NCBI GenBank assembly: GCA_039621445.1 | Contig: CP154954.1 | Coordinates: 8,806,634-8,870,633, forward strand | Source: Euglena gracilis | Taxonomy: Eukaryota | Length of the DNA: 64,000 bases | Direction: 5' to 3' | In this document: positions 27,101 to 64,000 of the stretch, in pieces | How the letters are laid out: each line of letters opens with the position of its first letter | Numbering within the stretch: position 1 is the first letter of the stretch | Translations under genes and position numbers: made by a program | Notes under the pieces: model-generated | Told to the model about the DNA's origin: nothing | What the model saw: only the letters and a program-made list of their open reading frames with translations | Database searches by the model: none

Positions 27101-27295
27101 AGTCGAGTTTGTGTGACAAAATTAAAAAGGTCCGTGTATGGGTTTCGGTGCGAAGCACCGGGAAATTTTCGGTATATACCTTTCGACGGCCCAATTTGTT
27201 CAGGTTCCCCCCCATGGTTGGGTCCCGCACCTGGCTGGGTGGGTCTTAAGATAAAGCCGGGTGTCACACCTCCGCAAGCCGCGGCCCCTGCCCCC

Positions 27296-58747
<31,452 letters not shown>

Positions 58748-59833
58748 CCGACTCTGCACTCACTTCTTTAAGCCGCTGCACAGCCCTCACACCTCCACCT
58801 TTCAAGGCGTGCTTCCAAACAGCCGATATGCCGTTTCTTTTCCCTGTTTTCCTGGTCACCCTGTCCAAAACTCCACTCTCCGTTTGTGCAACATGCTGTC
58901 AATCATTTTTGCTGACACCTGGCCGACAAAAAGGACACCAATTCTACGTTATATGTGTGCGGTGGAGACATTCCGCCCAGAACTAGACTGGAGTTTGCCA
59001 GAATGTGAAAGTGTGGCAAGTTTGGAATGGTCTGGTGTCTTCAATAGTTCTTACCTGTCCTGTGCAAATTGACAAGAAAGCATTACTTTGGTTTGTCATC
59101 TTCAGCATAAAGTAACCGGATCATCCAGAACGAACTCCAAATCCTCCGTGCTTGATATTTTTGCGAATGTCTTCCAGTGGCTCACCTTTCACTGTCATCC
59201 GGCTTGGCTGACATTCGCTTTTCAGTCTGCAGTTTCTTTCCCATTCCGCCCTGTTCACCTGCTGCCGACACTGCCTGCCGCCCAGTCGCCAGAGATGGCA
59301 CCCCCAGCATCCCTCGCTTCATGCCACTGTCCCACTGCCGACTTTTGGGCTGACCCCCGTGTCCATGCAGAAGATGACCCCCGAAAATTAGTCAGTTTGC
59401 CTCACGCAGAAATACCGTGACAAGTTGTAAGTGGCAAGTGGCCTTTGTGCGGTTTTGTGTGCAGTGTGCATGTCCTGGCTTCTCGCTTGTTCTTTGGTGC
59501 TGAGGCTGCAGATCAGACTGCTCTCCCTCCACCACCACCACCATGTGCATTCTGTAAATGATTGGAAGACATATTGCCTTGTCACAAGAACGTTGGGGTT
59601 AGGTTTGCATATTTCAAAAAAAATCCAAGAATAGCCAGGATGTATGTGGCTGTGGCTGTGGGTGTGGGTATGTTTTGGCAGATATTATTTTTTCTTGCAA
59701 TGTGCATACATTTCGACTCTGGTAGCTCTGTTATTGAAAGATCCAGTCGTCACCTAGTGCGTGAGCACGTGTCCACAGCCAAGGCAATGGCCATCAATGA
59801 TCTGATGAGTTGAGAGAAAGCAGATGGGAGCAA

Positions 59834-59850
59834 TCTTTCCTCCTCTTCAG
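59834..59850 (+). promoter_or_regulatory. Candidate spliced-leader trans-splice acceptor
   Basis: Polypyrimidine tract plus CAG (tctttcctcctcttcag) 10 nt upstream of the ATG at 59861. Confidence 0.45.
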
Positions 59851-59860
59851 GGGCCTTTGC

Positions 59861-63649
<3,789 letters not shown>

Positions 63650-63814
63650 GTTGCCCCCCCCCCCCGACCCCACTGGGGTGCTCCAAACCACACCTTTGGA
63701 GTGGCGCCCCCCTGTGAGGGTCAGGGTACCCCCCCTCCCCTTTGTGCAACGACCACCCCTTTATAATGACCACCCCCCGGTCACAGGTTGCAGGTGGGGG
63801 GTTACAGTAGGAGG

Positions 63815-64000
63815 AGGTTCGAGCTCGAACGTTCGAGCTCGAACCTCCTCGAACGTTTTTAACCCCCCCCTTCAAAGGGGGGGGGGGCTTAAAAACGTTC
63901 GAGGTCCCTCCTCGAACGTCCTCGAACGACATTCGAGGAGGGTCTCGAACCTCCTCGAACGTCCTCGAACGACGTTCGAGGAGGGTCTCGAACCTCCTCG
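63815..64000. repeat. CCTCGAAC/GTTCGAGG palindromic repeat array (probable element end)
   Basis: Direct; related CCTCGAG motifs at 53745-53820. Confidence 0.6.

Overview
Eukaryotic, repeat-rich genomic DNA that behaves like a euglenid (Euglena-type) nuclear genome. The main feature is the 3' part of a midasin (MDN1/Rea1) gene on the + strand, 27296-58747. I read 35 short exons that join in frame into about 1,270 aa: linker end, D/E-rich tail and MIDAS/vWA domain, ending in TGA. Only 3 of the 34 introns are clearly GT-AG. Almost all others are nonconventional introns whose ends base-pair, usually in a fixed register (+4 with -6, often CAG...CTG). The same window holds non-autonomous elements with CAG...CTG terminal inverted repeats and 8-bp target-site duplications, plus a decayed hAT transposase. 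Their geometry matches the intron geometry (3+5 = 8 unpaired nt), and several intron junctions retain 6-7/8 direct repeats, suggesting hAT-MITE-born introns. A second + strand gene (coiled-coil, RPGRIP1L-like) starts at 59861. Positions 1-27 kb are degenerate TE-derived duplications and MITEs, probably one giant intron. All exon boundaries were derived by hand, and a few are ambiguous by some nt.
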